Below the pieces are notes generated by a model that saw only the letters and a program-made list of their open reading frames with translations, was not told the DNA's origin and ran no database searches. From Lama glama (lineage: Eukaryota): 64,000 bases of DNA. This document shows, piece after piece, positions 1 through 11,024 of this stretch; positions within the stretch are counted from its first letter, which is position 1, and each line of letters starts with the position of its first letter. A program made the translations under genes and the position numbers. Location: positions 6,140,001 to 6,204,000 of the forward strand of contig CM052817.1 of assembly GCA_028534125.1 (NCBI GenBank), written 5' to 3'.

Positions 1-259
1 GCCTCCTGCTCCTTTGACCATATTTATGAGAACCTGAGGGTCTATTTAATGCCATGGGCCAAGAGGAAGGAGTCAAACCAACAGGAAAGGGACAAACTGT
101 GAGCCAAATTCCCAAAGATACCTTTATGGGAAACAACATGGAACTATGTCAAGAATTGCAACAATACCATTAATCGAGAGCTTGAAGGATACCAACTGCT
201 GAGCTAAACATGTTTGCATGCAGCCCATTTAATCTCTCCAACAACCCAGTGGTTTTATG

Positions 260-705
260 TTTCAGTTATCTATGACAGTAATAATGCTGCAAAACACAAA
301 GCTACAAAAGCCACTGTAAGAGATGATTATTGCTGGAGTTCGATGAGAGAAAACAAGGCGGTTCTGCTGATCATAGCCAGCTCACTCGTGTCTGAGGGTC
401 AGCTGGTTATTGGCTGATCCAGCCAGACTTTGGTTCGAGTGAGTCTACTCCACGTGCCTCTCATCCTCCAGCAGGTGAGCCCCAGGATGTGTCAGCGGTA
501 GTAGAAGACCTGCAAGGGCACAAGCAGATCTGTATTAGAACTTTATCAAGCCTCCATTTGGATTATATTTTTCACGTTATGTTGGCCAAAGCATATCACT
601 AGGCTGGTCCAGATTCACAGGGTAGGGGGACAGGTTGTGCTTCTTTAGTGAGGAACTTCATAGTTGCAGGCGAAGGGTGTGGATATTTGGAGGATGAAGA
701 ATAGT
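260..705 (-). mobile_element. Old MaLR LTR (MLT1H/I/J-like)
   Basis: TCAGTTATCTATGACAGTAATAATGCTGC start; internal TCCTCCAGCAGG and TTGGCCAAAGCATATCACTAGGCTGGTCCAGATTCA motifs typical of reverse-strand old MLT1. Confidence 0.6.
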
Positions 706-712
706 AGCTACT

Positions 713-815
713 GGGGGGCTGGGTATAGCTCAGTAGTACAACTCATGCTTAGCAGGCACAAGGTCCCGGGTTTAATCTCCAGTAAGATATATTTAAAAAG
801 TTAAAAAATTATAGA
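713..815 (+). mobile_element. tRNA-Ala-derived SINE (camelid Vic-1-like), degraded
   Basis: GGGTATAGCTCAGTAGTAC (A box), CTTAGCA anticodon loop, GGTCCCGGGTTTAATCTCCAGTA (B-box-like), A-rich tail. Confidence 0.8.
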
Positions 816-984
816 AATTAATAAGTCTATTACAAGTAAGTTAAATTAATCCAATTTTATAGGGAAACTAAGGCTTACATAGTCCACTCCCCACAAAATG
901 GTGGTGGAGTTGCATTTCAAACCACACTCTCTCTAGTTCTCGGTCACATTCACAATATCATTGTCCTAATTTCAAGGGACATCG

Positions 985-1850
985 ATACTCTATGAATGTC
1001 AAAGATACAAGTCCCTGCGCTCCAAGCAGAAAATCTTGAGACAAATACTTTTTTTCTCTGCAAGAACTTGGAGATGTGGTGAAGAATATGAATCTCTTCA
1101 ATATAATACACTGGATATTATAAACGGAAATGGAGAGCAAAGAGGGGAGGTGCCCAAAAGGAAGGAGAGTCATGTAAGCACTAAATGGAAGGAAGTAGAA
1201 ATTTTCCTCCCAAGAGGCGACATTTGAGGGGACTTGGAAGGTGAGAGGAGTTCACTGAGAAGAGAGGAGGGGAAGAGGCATCTTGGCAGGGAAATCAGTG
1301 TGGATTTATAGAGGTGAGAAACAGAATGGAGCTTTCAGAATCGAGCTGAATGCTCTGTACTCCTCAAGCATGGGTCCTTCTACTTTAGTGCATCAGAATT
1401 ACCTGGAATCCTTCACAGAAAGACATCTCAGGGATTTACCTTCAGGGGTTCAGATTTAGCCTGTCCGGCCCAGAGGCCAGCATTTACCTTTTCATCAGGC
1501 AGCTCAGTGACTCTGACTCAGGTGGCACATCAACCCATAGTCTGAGAAACACCTTACCTGTGAGGTGAAAGGAGCAGAGAGAAGATGGGAGATGATGTGA
1601 TCAAGTAACTGCGGTCAGGACCTTTCAACAAATCTAGAAAATCATGTTGAGGAATTTTGAGTTCACTTTCCATGCAGTGAGGACCTCTTGTGTGGTTAAA
1701 CCAGAGGATATTATCATGCGACTGAACTGTTCACTGCCCTCACAGTGTGGTGCTCAGATTAGGACTGGGAGAAATGTGAGTAAGAGACATTATTTAGGAG
1801 GTGATTGTGGTAGATCAGGTGGGTCACCATCAGGGACTCAGATGACGCTG
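985..1850 (-). mobile_element. L2 LINE fragments, interrupted by a MER5-type element
   Basis: AAGATACAAGTCCCTGCGCTCCA, GACATTTGAGGGGACTTGGAAGGTGAGAGGAGTT and GAGGAATTTTGAGTTCACTTTCCATGCAGTGAGGA resemble the reverse-strand L2 3' region. Confidence 0.55.
1370..1553. mobile_element. MER5-like hAT-Charlie MITE
   Basis: GTGCATCAGAATTACCTGGA ... GGTGGCACATCAACCCATAGTCTGAGAAACAC; ~180 bp. Confidence 0.6.
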
Positions 1851-1969
1851 ACGTATCAGATAATTGGTTTCTGGCCATGATTATATGTTGAATATACTCA
1901 GTAATTATGTGCTGAATGAATGTTTCAAATGTAAAACGTGTGTATTTGGGGTGGGAGAGATTATGGAGA

Positions 1970-2703
1970 TTTTTTTTAAATTGAAGTACTGTCAGTTACA
2001 ATGTGTCAGTTTCTGGTGTAGAGCATAATGTCTTAGTCATGCCTATACATACGTACATTCATTTTCATATTCTTTTTTATTAAAAGTCACCACAAGATAT
2101 AGAACATAGTTCCCTGTGCTATACAGTAGAAACTTATTTTTTAATCTATTTTTATATATAGTGGCTAACATTTGCAAATCTCAGACTCTCAAATTTATCC
2201 CTCCCCATTCCCTTTCCCCAGTAATCATAAGATTGTTTACTATGTCTGGGAGTCTGTTTCTGTTTTGTAGATAAGTTCATAGTGTCCTTTTTCGTTTTCT
2301 TTTTTTCTTTTTTTTTCAGATTCCACATATGAGTGATATCATGTGGTATTTTTCTTTCTCTTTCTGGCTCATTTCACTTAGAATGATGATCTCTAGGTCT
2401 ATTCATGTTGTTGCAAATGGCCTTTTTAAAAATTCTTTTCATGGCTGAGTGGTATTCCATTGTATACATATACCACAATTTCTTTATCCAGTCATCAGTT
2501 AATGGGCATTTAGGTTGCTTCCATGTCTTGGCTATTGCATATAGTGCTGCTATGAACATTGGGGTGCATGTACCTTTTCGAATTAGAGTTCCCTCCAGAT
2601 ATATACCCAGGAGTGGGATTGCTGGATCACATGGTAAGTCTATTTTTAGTTCTTTTAGGAATCCCCATACTGTTTTCCATAATGGCTGCACCAAACTATA
2701 TTC
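1970..2703 (-). mobile_element. 5'-truncated L1 (ORF2 C-terminus + 3'UTR), camelid/cetartiodactyl type
   Basis: ORF 2374-2769(-) includes LVQPLWKTVW..DPAIPLLGIY..CTPMFIAAL..KTWKQPKCP..WIKKLW (L1 ORF2p C-terminus); poly-T at ~1970. Confidence 0.95.
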
Positions 2704-3371
2704 AGGGTGGGAGGCATTACGCACTTTCACAATACCAGCAGTACTCACAAATTGGAGTTGAATATACATTTGGTGGACCCTAATTTTTGGTGAGCTTGAT
2801 GTGGATAGTACCTATTCACTCAAAAATAAATCCCCTACCTGAATTTAACCCCCTTCCAATACAATCTTCTTGGAGGGAATGTAGCTCCTGTATTGAAAGA
2901 TTGTTAAACATACGTATCTTCTTCCGAGGTTAATTAAGCAATCTCTCTGGGTCCATTCTATTAACCTGTAATTAGAATGTAAAGATGCTCACGCTCCATG
3001 GCACACATTTTAATTGCATCTCACTGCAAGCTGATATTACATGCATGACAGAAAAACAAGGCAGGAGGAGGAATCTGGCTGCAGAGAAAAGCATGGCTTG
3101 GGCTCCTGGCCTGGCTTCCTGAGCATGGGGGCTCTGGCTCCTCATCTCCTCTTTTCCAGTGCCTCCTGGAAGACTTTCCCATGAAAGACAGCAGGAAGGA
3201 GGATTTGAATGTCAGGATAGTGTGCAAAATAATTTGGCTCAAGTCTATCAAACAGGCTTACTTACCTTTTGTAATTTCCTCCTCTTGCCCTCTGTGTATT
3301 ACTGCTCAGAACCAATGACCTAGGATGCACTCACCAGAAATCATAAGGAGCTTGGGGAATGGCAGGACAGG

Positions 3372-3455
3372 AATTAGTTCCCCATTTTACAGATGCAAAC
3401 ACTGGGACTTGGCAACAGGATCAGAATCTGGCTCTTCTGATTTCTAGTCCCATTC
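3372..3455 (-). mobile_element. MIR fragment
   Basis: CCCCATTTTACAGATGCAAACACTG MIR core. Confidence 0.6.
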
Positions 3456-3876
3456 CATCCTAGGATGCTCCTGTTGGTCTAAACCCAGCAGGTGAGTGTA
3501 GATCCTAGACCATGCTCTTAGAAACTGTGTAATGGGATATATTAACTTCCCAACCCCCCTCCACCCATATACTTCAGGGACATTTTCTGAGCACCGATGA
3601 GCCAGTGTTAGAGCTAATGCTTCTAAGGGGAGCCAGTTCCTGTCCTCATTGAGTTTCCAGTCTAAAATTAATTAATGACACTTTTGATGAGTGTTATAAT
3701 CACAAATGAGAATTATAAGGTCTTGTCAATATTCTCATCCATCAAAATGAGAATGTTCCCTATCTTAACAGGACTCCCTGTTTCTGCTTTTGCAAGCATG
3801 CATAATGGTGACTTTTTGTTGTTGCAAAGCAAGGGATTTAGGAAAGAAGTGTGAGAAGGAGGTTAGAGGGGAAAAA

Positions 3877-4288
3877 GAGAATTGAGTTAAGTGGTGACCC
3901 CCCAAAATATATGAGCATGTCCTAGTCCCCAGAAACTGTGAGTAGATGAGAATCTTTGCAGATCTCATTAAAGATCCTGGATTACCCTGGTGATCCCTAA
4001 ATCCAATGACAAATGTCCTAAAACCAGACACACGGAAGAAGAGGGGACAGTTGTGCAAAGATAGAGGCAGAGATTGAAGTGAGGCAGCCACAGTCCATGA
4101 ACACCTGGAGACACCAGAAGCCAAGAGAAGCAAGGAGCTTTCTTACCTAGAGACTCTGGAGGAGGCGAGGCCTTGTGACATCTTGGTTTTGGATTTCCAG
4201 CCTCCAAATCTGTGATAGGAGAATACTTTGTGTTGTAAACCACACAGTTTGTAATCATTGGTTAGGGCAGCCTGAGACCACAGATACA
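3877..4288 (+). mobile_element. MaLR LTR (MLT1C/D-like)
   Basis: CCCCCCAAAATATATG..CTTTGCAGAT..CCCTAAATCCAATGAC..GAGGCAGAGATTGAAGTG..TTTTGGATTTCCAGCCTCCA..GATACA end. Confidence 0.85.
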
Positions 4289-4599
4289 GGAGCCTCAGCA
4301 GGCAGGTGGCAAGAGGCATGGAAGGAGGCACTCACTCCCAGGTTCACGCAAGCACCAGGGTGGCCACTGCAGGAACCAAAGAGTGAGCCCCAGGCTAGTT
4401 TGCCTTGGTGCATGGAAGGACCTATACCCTGCAGATGCTCAACAGAGGTTTCTCTGATTTTATATTTTTTTGTCATTGGCTCCGCCCCCCTTCGCTGTCA
4501 GTGTCCATCATATGATTATTAAGAGGAAGAGATCCAGCAACATTCAGGTGTCCCACTCTTAACAGGGCATACCTGATCTCATACCTAGTTTCTGACCTA

Positions 4600-4710
4600 G
4601 GAGACGTAATTCTCATTTCACAGGTGAAAAACTGGGGCGGAAAGGTGATGGGTGACTTTTCCATGCATTGGAGCCAGGACTAAAACCTGATGTCTTGACT
4701 CCAGCCCAGC
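4600..4710 (-). mobile_element. MIR fragment
   Basis: TTCTCATTTCACAGGTGAAAAACTGGGG ... GGAGCCAGGACTAAAACCTGATGTCTTGACTCCAG. Confidence 0.6.
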
Positions 4711-4883
4711 CAATATGGCTGATTTGTTAGCCCTTGACTAACCTGTAGGCTTGTTATTTCTGCTTTCTTTCTGACCACCTGCCCATGTGCTATTCACTCT
4801 TTTTGATTTGGAGTTAAGATATTTTGCCTTCAGGTGGCTCTTGGTCTAGTAGAGGGGACAAGGGCTAGAATAAAGCATTTAAT

Positions 4884-5040
4884 AGAAAGAAAGGAAGAAA
4901 GAAAGGAAGAGAGAAAGAAAGAGAGAAAGAGAGAAAGAAAGAAAGAAAGAAAGAAAGAGAGAAAGAGAGAAAGAAAGAAAGAAAGAGAGAAAGAAAGAAA
5001 GAAAGGAAGAAAGGAAGAAGAAAGAGAGAAAGAGAGAAAG

Positions 5041-5091
<51 letters not shown>

Positions 5092-5154
5092 AGAAAGAAA
5101 GAGAGAAAGAAAGAGAGAAAGAAAGAGAGAAAGAAAGAAAGAAAGAAAGAAGGA
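4884..5154. repeat. Compound (GAAA/GAGA/GGAA)n microsatellite, purine-only, 271 bp
   Basis: Directly visible; only A and G across the tract. Confidence 0.98.
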
Positions 5155-5684
5155 TAAATATTACATAGAAGAATAAGTGATCATGAGGGAATGCCGGGAC
5201 CCAGAACCCTGCATCTTGGTAAACAGGAACATAGACCCACACAATCCAAGTGGGAAACGCCCTTGTTTCTATGTGAATTAATTCGATCTGAGTCTACTTC
5301 TACTTTGGTTGGACCAAGAAGCTGTCTTATAGCTCTTTTTCTGTTGAGCTTCAGTGTTTAAAATATCTTCAAAGCAAGCTAGGAAATAACTTTCCATTTT
5401 GCCAATGTTTGCTTTTCAGTGTTTTGAATGAATCTTCTTTGCAAACTGCTAAGTTAATTGAACCACCACCATTTCAGCTGAAAAAACATTCTGCTTTGCC
5501 AGAGCACATTTGCTTGTGTACTCAACTTCACCAATGAGGGGGTCAGCACTGGGGGAAATAATTGTTTTTAGCCTAAATGCCAGGTGCAGAATGAAAAGTT
5601 TTTTTTTGTTTTGTTTTGATTTGTTCTCTTTTGGAGAGGATGGGCTAACATTTGAAGGGCCCACATCACACTCCTTAGAGACGG

Positions 5685-5800
5685 TATTTTTCTTAGTTCA
5701 GATATGCGAAGGATGAGTAGCTCAGAGAGGTCAAGTGAGGCTGCCCAAGGTTATAGACAGAAGAGGTGCAGTCAGGGTCCCCACCCAGGTTGTTTCATCT
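5685..5800 (-). mobile_element. MIR fragment
   Basis: GCTCAGAGAGGTCAAGTGAGGCTGCCCAAGGTTATA. Confidence 0.6.
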
Positions 5801-6687
5801 AGCAATGCCACATTGGCTCAGGCTACAGGCTAACCTTCCAGACACTAGGAGAATTTAATTTCCTCCCTGATAGCTGTGATTTGATTCAATTAAAAACCTG
5901 AAATTTAAACTTAGTTCTATATGATGGCTGTGCCCTTATTTGATGTCTTGTGTTCCATCTATGCCATTCAGCCCCTCATTCATGAGGGGCACTTACCAAA
6001 AAATGCTCTAAGAATACTCTAAAATAGAACATCATAACTTTGAATGAATGAGATTTATTTCAACAACTTATTACGTGCCCTTAAAAAAATCCAACTTATT
6101 CTCTTGGAAGATTAACAACACTAGGTTTTCTCATCAAAAACCAGGTTTTATATGTATGATACGGTTCTAGAAATGTACTGGCAAACAGTCAGATTCTTCT
6201 CTCCAAGTTCAAAACATGACTTAGGACATGGGGGAAACATGTCCACTGGTGTTACAACATGATGGGGACTGAGACGAGGTACAAGTCACCTCTGATTTAA
6301 GGGCCGCAAAGTGGCACTGACACTCGAGACATGCAATGAAAGCTTTTGAAAAACGAGAGATGGGATGTTGACCTGGAACTCACTTTGAAAAAATACTTTT
6401 ACTAAAAAAATTGAAAATTTTGCTCAGATCAAGGCTGAGCTTTTTAATGTTTGAAAGTTACCTACATTTGGGAAAAAAGAATCCTCTATTTTGAGGTTAA
6501 ATGAACTTTTCTATAATTGGGTAGGTTTGAGATATGAGTGACTGAATGACATAGCCAAGAATTATGTGTGTCCCCTACACAAACACCCAGCTTGATACTT
6601 TGGCAAATGGAATGCAGTTGATAAAACTTACTGAACAAAAATTAGGTTATATTTAAGTAATTGGGAATCTTAATACTTTATGAGCGC

Positions 6688-6845
6688 CTTCATCCATTGA
6701 GGCTGTTATAACAAAGCATCATAGACTGGGTGTCTTATAAGGGCTCCAATTCCATTCATGATGACTCCATCCTTATGGCCTAAGCACCTCCCAAAGGCAT
6801 CATCTCCAAATCCCATCACACTGAGCATTAGAATTTCAACATAGC
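6688..6845 (-). mobile_element. MLT1A-like MaLR LTR with internal deletion
   Basis: GGCTGTTATAACAAAGCATCATAGACTGGGTGTCTTATAA joined directly to GGGCTCCAATTCCATTCATG..ACCTCCCAAAGGC..TTTCAACAT. Confidence 0.75.
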
Positions 6846-7089
6846 AATGGGTTTTACTTACAGATTCCAAGGTCAGAAAGTCTTATAAGCAAATAAAGAA
6901 AAACTGTTACTCCACTAAATTAGCTCATGGAGATCCCTACCTTGGAGACATACATACATGAGTATGTAATACTCTCAACCACCTCTCTTGTAGACGAAAC
7001 TCCAAAGACTATCTGAATACCTGATCATGTTTATCTCTAAGGCCCACTGGAGTCCAGATTGGATTAGGAAGAAACCATTTTAAGAGTGT

Positions 7090-7310
7090 AATAGCTAATA
7101 ATTGTGTAATAGCTGTAACATTCCAGGCACTCTTATGAGTGTTTTATGTTAGTGTGCTTAACAGACAGCTCCATTTCAACCCTATGCATACCATTTGCAA
7201 ATGGAGAAACTGAGGCACAGAGAGGTCCGTTAACATTCCTAATATCAACAGGAAATGGCGGGGCTGGAGGTCAGAGCCCAGACCATCCGGCTTTTCAAGC
7301 ACTGCTCACG
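7090..7310 (-). mobile_element. MIR
   Basis: CCAGGCACTCTTATGAGTGTTTTATG ... CCATTTGCAAATGGAGAAACTGAGGCACAGAGAGG. Confidence 0.75.
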
Positions 7311-9224
7311 TTGCTTCTTTAACTTATACACTAAATCCTGAAACCCAGAAGGCTGCCCAGCTTCCTTTGTAAAATGTTGAACCAAAGTTTTCTTTAAATG
7401 GTGGACATATTACTTTTATTTTCCTGTTGTTGTGTTTATTATTAATTACTGTGTTTCACGGATTTTACATAAGCTATGAAGAATAATGGCCACTTAATTC
7501 TGGGAGATGACACTGCTCATTCCGTTTTGTGTAGGAGAGCACGGAGGCAGCAAGCGGTTAACGATTCCACCGGAAGTCTCAGAGTGAGTAAGAGGGAATG
7601 GCTCGGTTTAAATCAAGGTTTCTTTTGTTTGTTTGTTTGTTTGGGTTTCTTTTTTTGACTACCAAGATTAGTTTTTTTTTAAGTTACAGACTATAAGCAT
7701 GTTGACTTTTAGCTTATAATTTTTTGTATATCCAAAGCCTATCCTAAAACAGGAGGTGACGATGCTCAGAGAGGCTGGGCTGCATCTGTGTCTCACACTG
7801 GATCATCCCTCTCTTGGCTTCAGCTTCCATTCTCAGGAAGAGCCTCCAGTACGTGCTTCTCCTCCTGGTCCCTTCCTGGGCTGGTGGTCTGTTAAAACAT
7901 GCCATTCCATTAATTACCCCCTCCTCTTATTTTCACACTTGACCCGTTGGTGTCTGTGTGCCGGAGTGGGCGCGGGCTGGGGTGAGGTCTCCTAGGCTCA
8001 AGTGTGCGGATGCACACAGCCCTTGCTTTAGATGAGCTCTGTTGTTACACAGAGCACCGTGGGCTGCTTCCTTGTTTGGCTCTCATCTTCCCACTGCCAG
8101 CTATAGCTGCAGCCTTCTGTTCTTGAGCCTGTGTTTAGAGCCCCTTAGAAGTACTGTAAACTTGCTCTTGTGTCGAAGGCACATTGTAGCTGGAAAGGAG
8201 AACTGAAGTGGACAGGAGCCCCATCTGGAAGAGGGACTCGGGTGGTAGTGAGTCCCATGGTGACTCATGGAAGGAGTTTCTTGTATAGGTCAAGGGGGAG
8301 CCACTGCGTTCCAAATGCCCTTGTTCAGAGATAATCGGCTGGTGGGCGTGTGTTTCTCACAAGTGAGCATCCTTTGAAAGACGGAAGTTTCTCTGCTGTC
8401 AGAAGAGGCAAGCCTCCCTGAATGTGCCTCTCCTGTGCTCTAGACACTTCGCCTGCCACCTGGATGTCAGTCGTGGTCCTATGACTCTTGAGGTTCAGAG
8501 AGGGCTGGTTGGACCCTGAAGCCCTCCCCAAGGTTTCTGTAAATTCCCTGGGGTCCTTGCATCTCAAGGTCGCTTCTAGCTCCAAAATGCTGCCCCTCCC
8601 TGGGCAATGTGTACTCCTTACTTTTGTTGACTTCAAAAGTGAAACTCATCCTTTCCTCTACTTTGGAAAAAAAAATCACTACAGTAACACTAACAACAAA
8701 TTATTTATAAGTGAAGGACCTGAACAGGAGGAAGTATTTTAGAGAAAATGAGTTTGCACAGCAGCAATGGATAGGGTATCTTTGCTCGGAGGAAGCCTTC
8801 CTGCAACCTTGTCCCACTCGCAGGGCGAAGCTGGGGCTCTGGCCATCGTATTAGTGTGCCCCATCTGGTCTCCCAGCCCAGGGGCTTGGAGCACTGGGAG
8901 AACAGCATGGCTGCCCTGTGTGGGGCACTTTTTCCTCCCCTTTCTGTCCTTTGTGCTCTGGCTGTCCACGTGCACCCTCCAGAGATGCCCAGGCACGGCT
9001 CATTCTTTGCTCCAAGTCTCTGAACTCAAGCCCAGTCTGCCTTTCACTCGCTGAGACTCAAGTTTAAATATTTCAGGTACTCACCTGGGGATTGGGTCAC
9101 ATGCATACAATATTTCATTTAATCACCTTCAAGATTCTCAGATGCAGGAATTAATAATCTTCTACTCTTTTAATTATAAGGAGAAGTTTCAGTTTGGAAA
9201 GCAAAGCTGACCCTTCCACTACCA

Positions 9225-9465
9225 CAGTGGGTCCTAGGGTCCATTTTCGCTTGGAAGGGCCCACAAAAATGTTTTCATTTCTTCTAAAATCAGAAGAAAA
9301 ATAATAAACTTGAGGTCAAAGAAAATATTTCAGCATACAATATTGACAAAGTTGTCTTCAGGACAACGCACTCATAATTGATCACTTTTAATATGTTTCT
9401 ACGGAGCAGGAGGCTCACGGAGGTTAATGTGCCAAGTTAGGCCCATGGACGTCACTGCAGGTCCT
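9225..9465. mobile_element. Old hAT-type MITE (ORSL/Tip100-like) lying within MIR-like sequence
   Basis: GGGCCCACAAAAATGTTTTCATTTCTTCTAAAATCAGAAGAAAA resembles the recalled ORSL consensus; MIR-like flanks at ~9100-9200 and ~9470-9560. Confidence 0.5.
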
Positions 9466-10458
9466 TGTTTCAGAGATGAGGTGAATTTCCATGCCATTGA
9501 ACTATTAGTGGGTAACCTTGGTCTTTAGCTCTGGTCTCCTGGTTTTAGAACTAGAGTTTATTTCTTGAAAAACTCCTCTGTTCACCTGGACTATCTGTAG
9601 ACTCTATGGCTCACAATGGACATTCAGTCTGAACTGTGAAACTGGGATTTCAGTCTTCCTGTCTCTGTAGTTTTTCCAGAGCATGGAGGTGTCGTTACCG
9701 ACAAGTGTTCACCTCTTTCACGTAACACTTACCTTATTAGGCAATGTGTTCCAATGACAATTTCATCGGGGAAGAAAAGCTGTCCACAATTTTGCAGTTT
9801 GGATGAATGTTTGCAGCGTGGATTAAGGTTTGTAGAAGGAAGGAAGCTGTACTGAGGGTGCAGCCAAGACAGTTGTGTGCTCTCCTTGGTCCACTTGGTC
9901 CTTCTGATTGGGGGGGTCATTGTAGGTAGCTCCCCTGTTAGCAGGATCAAATTCCTTTTTGATGACTGGCTGGAGAAAAATTCCTTTATAAGGACACCAT
10001 TTGATGTGGAAACCTCCATGAATGCAGTGCAATGAGGTTCAATGCATATGGGACCAACTGTCCGGCAGTTCAAAGTCAGAGCCTTCTGGCCTGGGTGAGG
10101 CTGCACAGTGTTGTACTATTGTCATCGATCATATCTGTCGAGGTCTTATCATGCTTAATGAACACTAATGACAGCAGGATCCATTTATGTTCATGCAAAA
10201 GTCATTGAGCTGGGGGTGGAGCAGTGGCTTTGAGCATGGGGGCTCTGGGAGTTGTTTCAGTGGAACGAGGGTCGTGCAAGCAGTGAATGCCTGCTCACCC
10301 CGCATTTGAGAACACCTGTTTCTGGGGGCAGGTGTGATTCGGATGTAGGTAAAATGGGTGTCATGGATATAGATATAAACCAGATACCAATCCAGATAAA
10401 GAACCCCGTGGAAAGATTTCTACATTAGATCTCCAAGCATTTAAAATGCAAGACTTGC

Positions 10459-11024
10459 GGGGAGGATGTAGCTCAGTGGTAGAGCACGTGCTTAGCATTC
10501 ACAAGGTCCTGGGTTTAATCTCCAGTACCTCCATTAAATAACTAAGTAAACAAACAAACCTAAGATTGTTTACTATGTTTGCAAGTCTGTTTCTGTTTTG
10601 CAGAGGGGTTCATTAGTGTCCTCTTTTTTTGTTTTTTTAAGATTCCACATATGAGTGATGTCATATGGTATGGATAAATTTGGGAGTTTGAGATTCACAA
10701 ATGACAACCACCATATATAGAAATAAATAAAAACCAACTTTCTTCTTATAGCAGAGGGAACTATATTCAATATTTTATAATAACCTTTAATGAAAAAGAA
10801 TATGATAATGAACACATGTATATATATACACATGACTGGGACATTGTGCTGTATAGCAGAAATTGACACATTGTAACTGACTATACTTCAATTAAAAAAA
10901 TTAATAAACCCTGATATTTTATGGCTTGAAATAAAAATGAATAAATAACTAAATAATAAACCTAATTACCTCCCCTTCAAAATTGATTAAAAATAAAATA
11001 ATTAAAAAATAAAATAAAATGCAA
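10459..11024 (+). mobile_element. tRNA-Ala(AGC)-derived SINE (Vic-1-like) whose tail is interrupted by an L1 insertion
   Basis: GGGGAGGATGTAGCTCAGTGGTAGAGCACGTGCTTAGCATTCACAAGGTCCTGGGTTTAATCTCCAGTACCTCCA (10459-10533); tail AAACCTAA resumes as AAACCTAATTACCTCCCC at ~10958. Confidence 0.9.
10561..10900 (+). mobile_element. L1 3' fragment with 5' inversion (inverted 10561-10670, sense 10672-10900)
   Basis: 10561-10670 matches the antisense L1 at ~2228-2348 in the same orientation; 10672-10900 is the sense 3'UTR ending TATACTTCAATTAAAAAAA. Confidence 0.9.

Larger units (their letters stand above)
190..945 (-). mobile_element. MIR SINE split into two pieces (~190-255 and ~850-945) by an MLT1 LTR and a younger SINE
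   Basis: CATTTAATCTCTCCAACAACCCAGTGG resumes as CCAATTTTATAGGGAAACTAAGGC, consecutive parts of the reverse-strand MIR core. Confidence 0.6.

Noticed and set aside
4834..5242. Lys/Glu/Arg-rich and Phe/Ser/Leu-rich ORFs (107 and 125 aa)
   Set aside because: Translations of the (GAAA)n microsatellite.
10459..10533. tRNA-Ala(AGC) gene
   Set aside because: Has extra 5' bases, a mutated T-loop (GTTTAAT), stem mismatches and a SINE-type tail; a second degraded copy lies at 713. It is a SINE head, not a functional tRNA.
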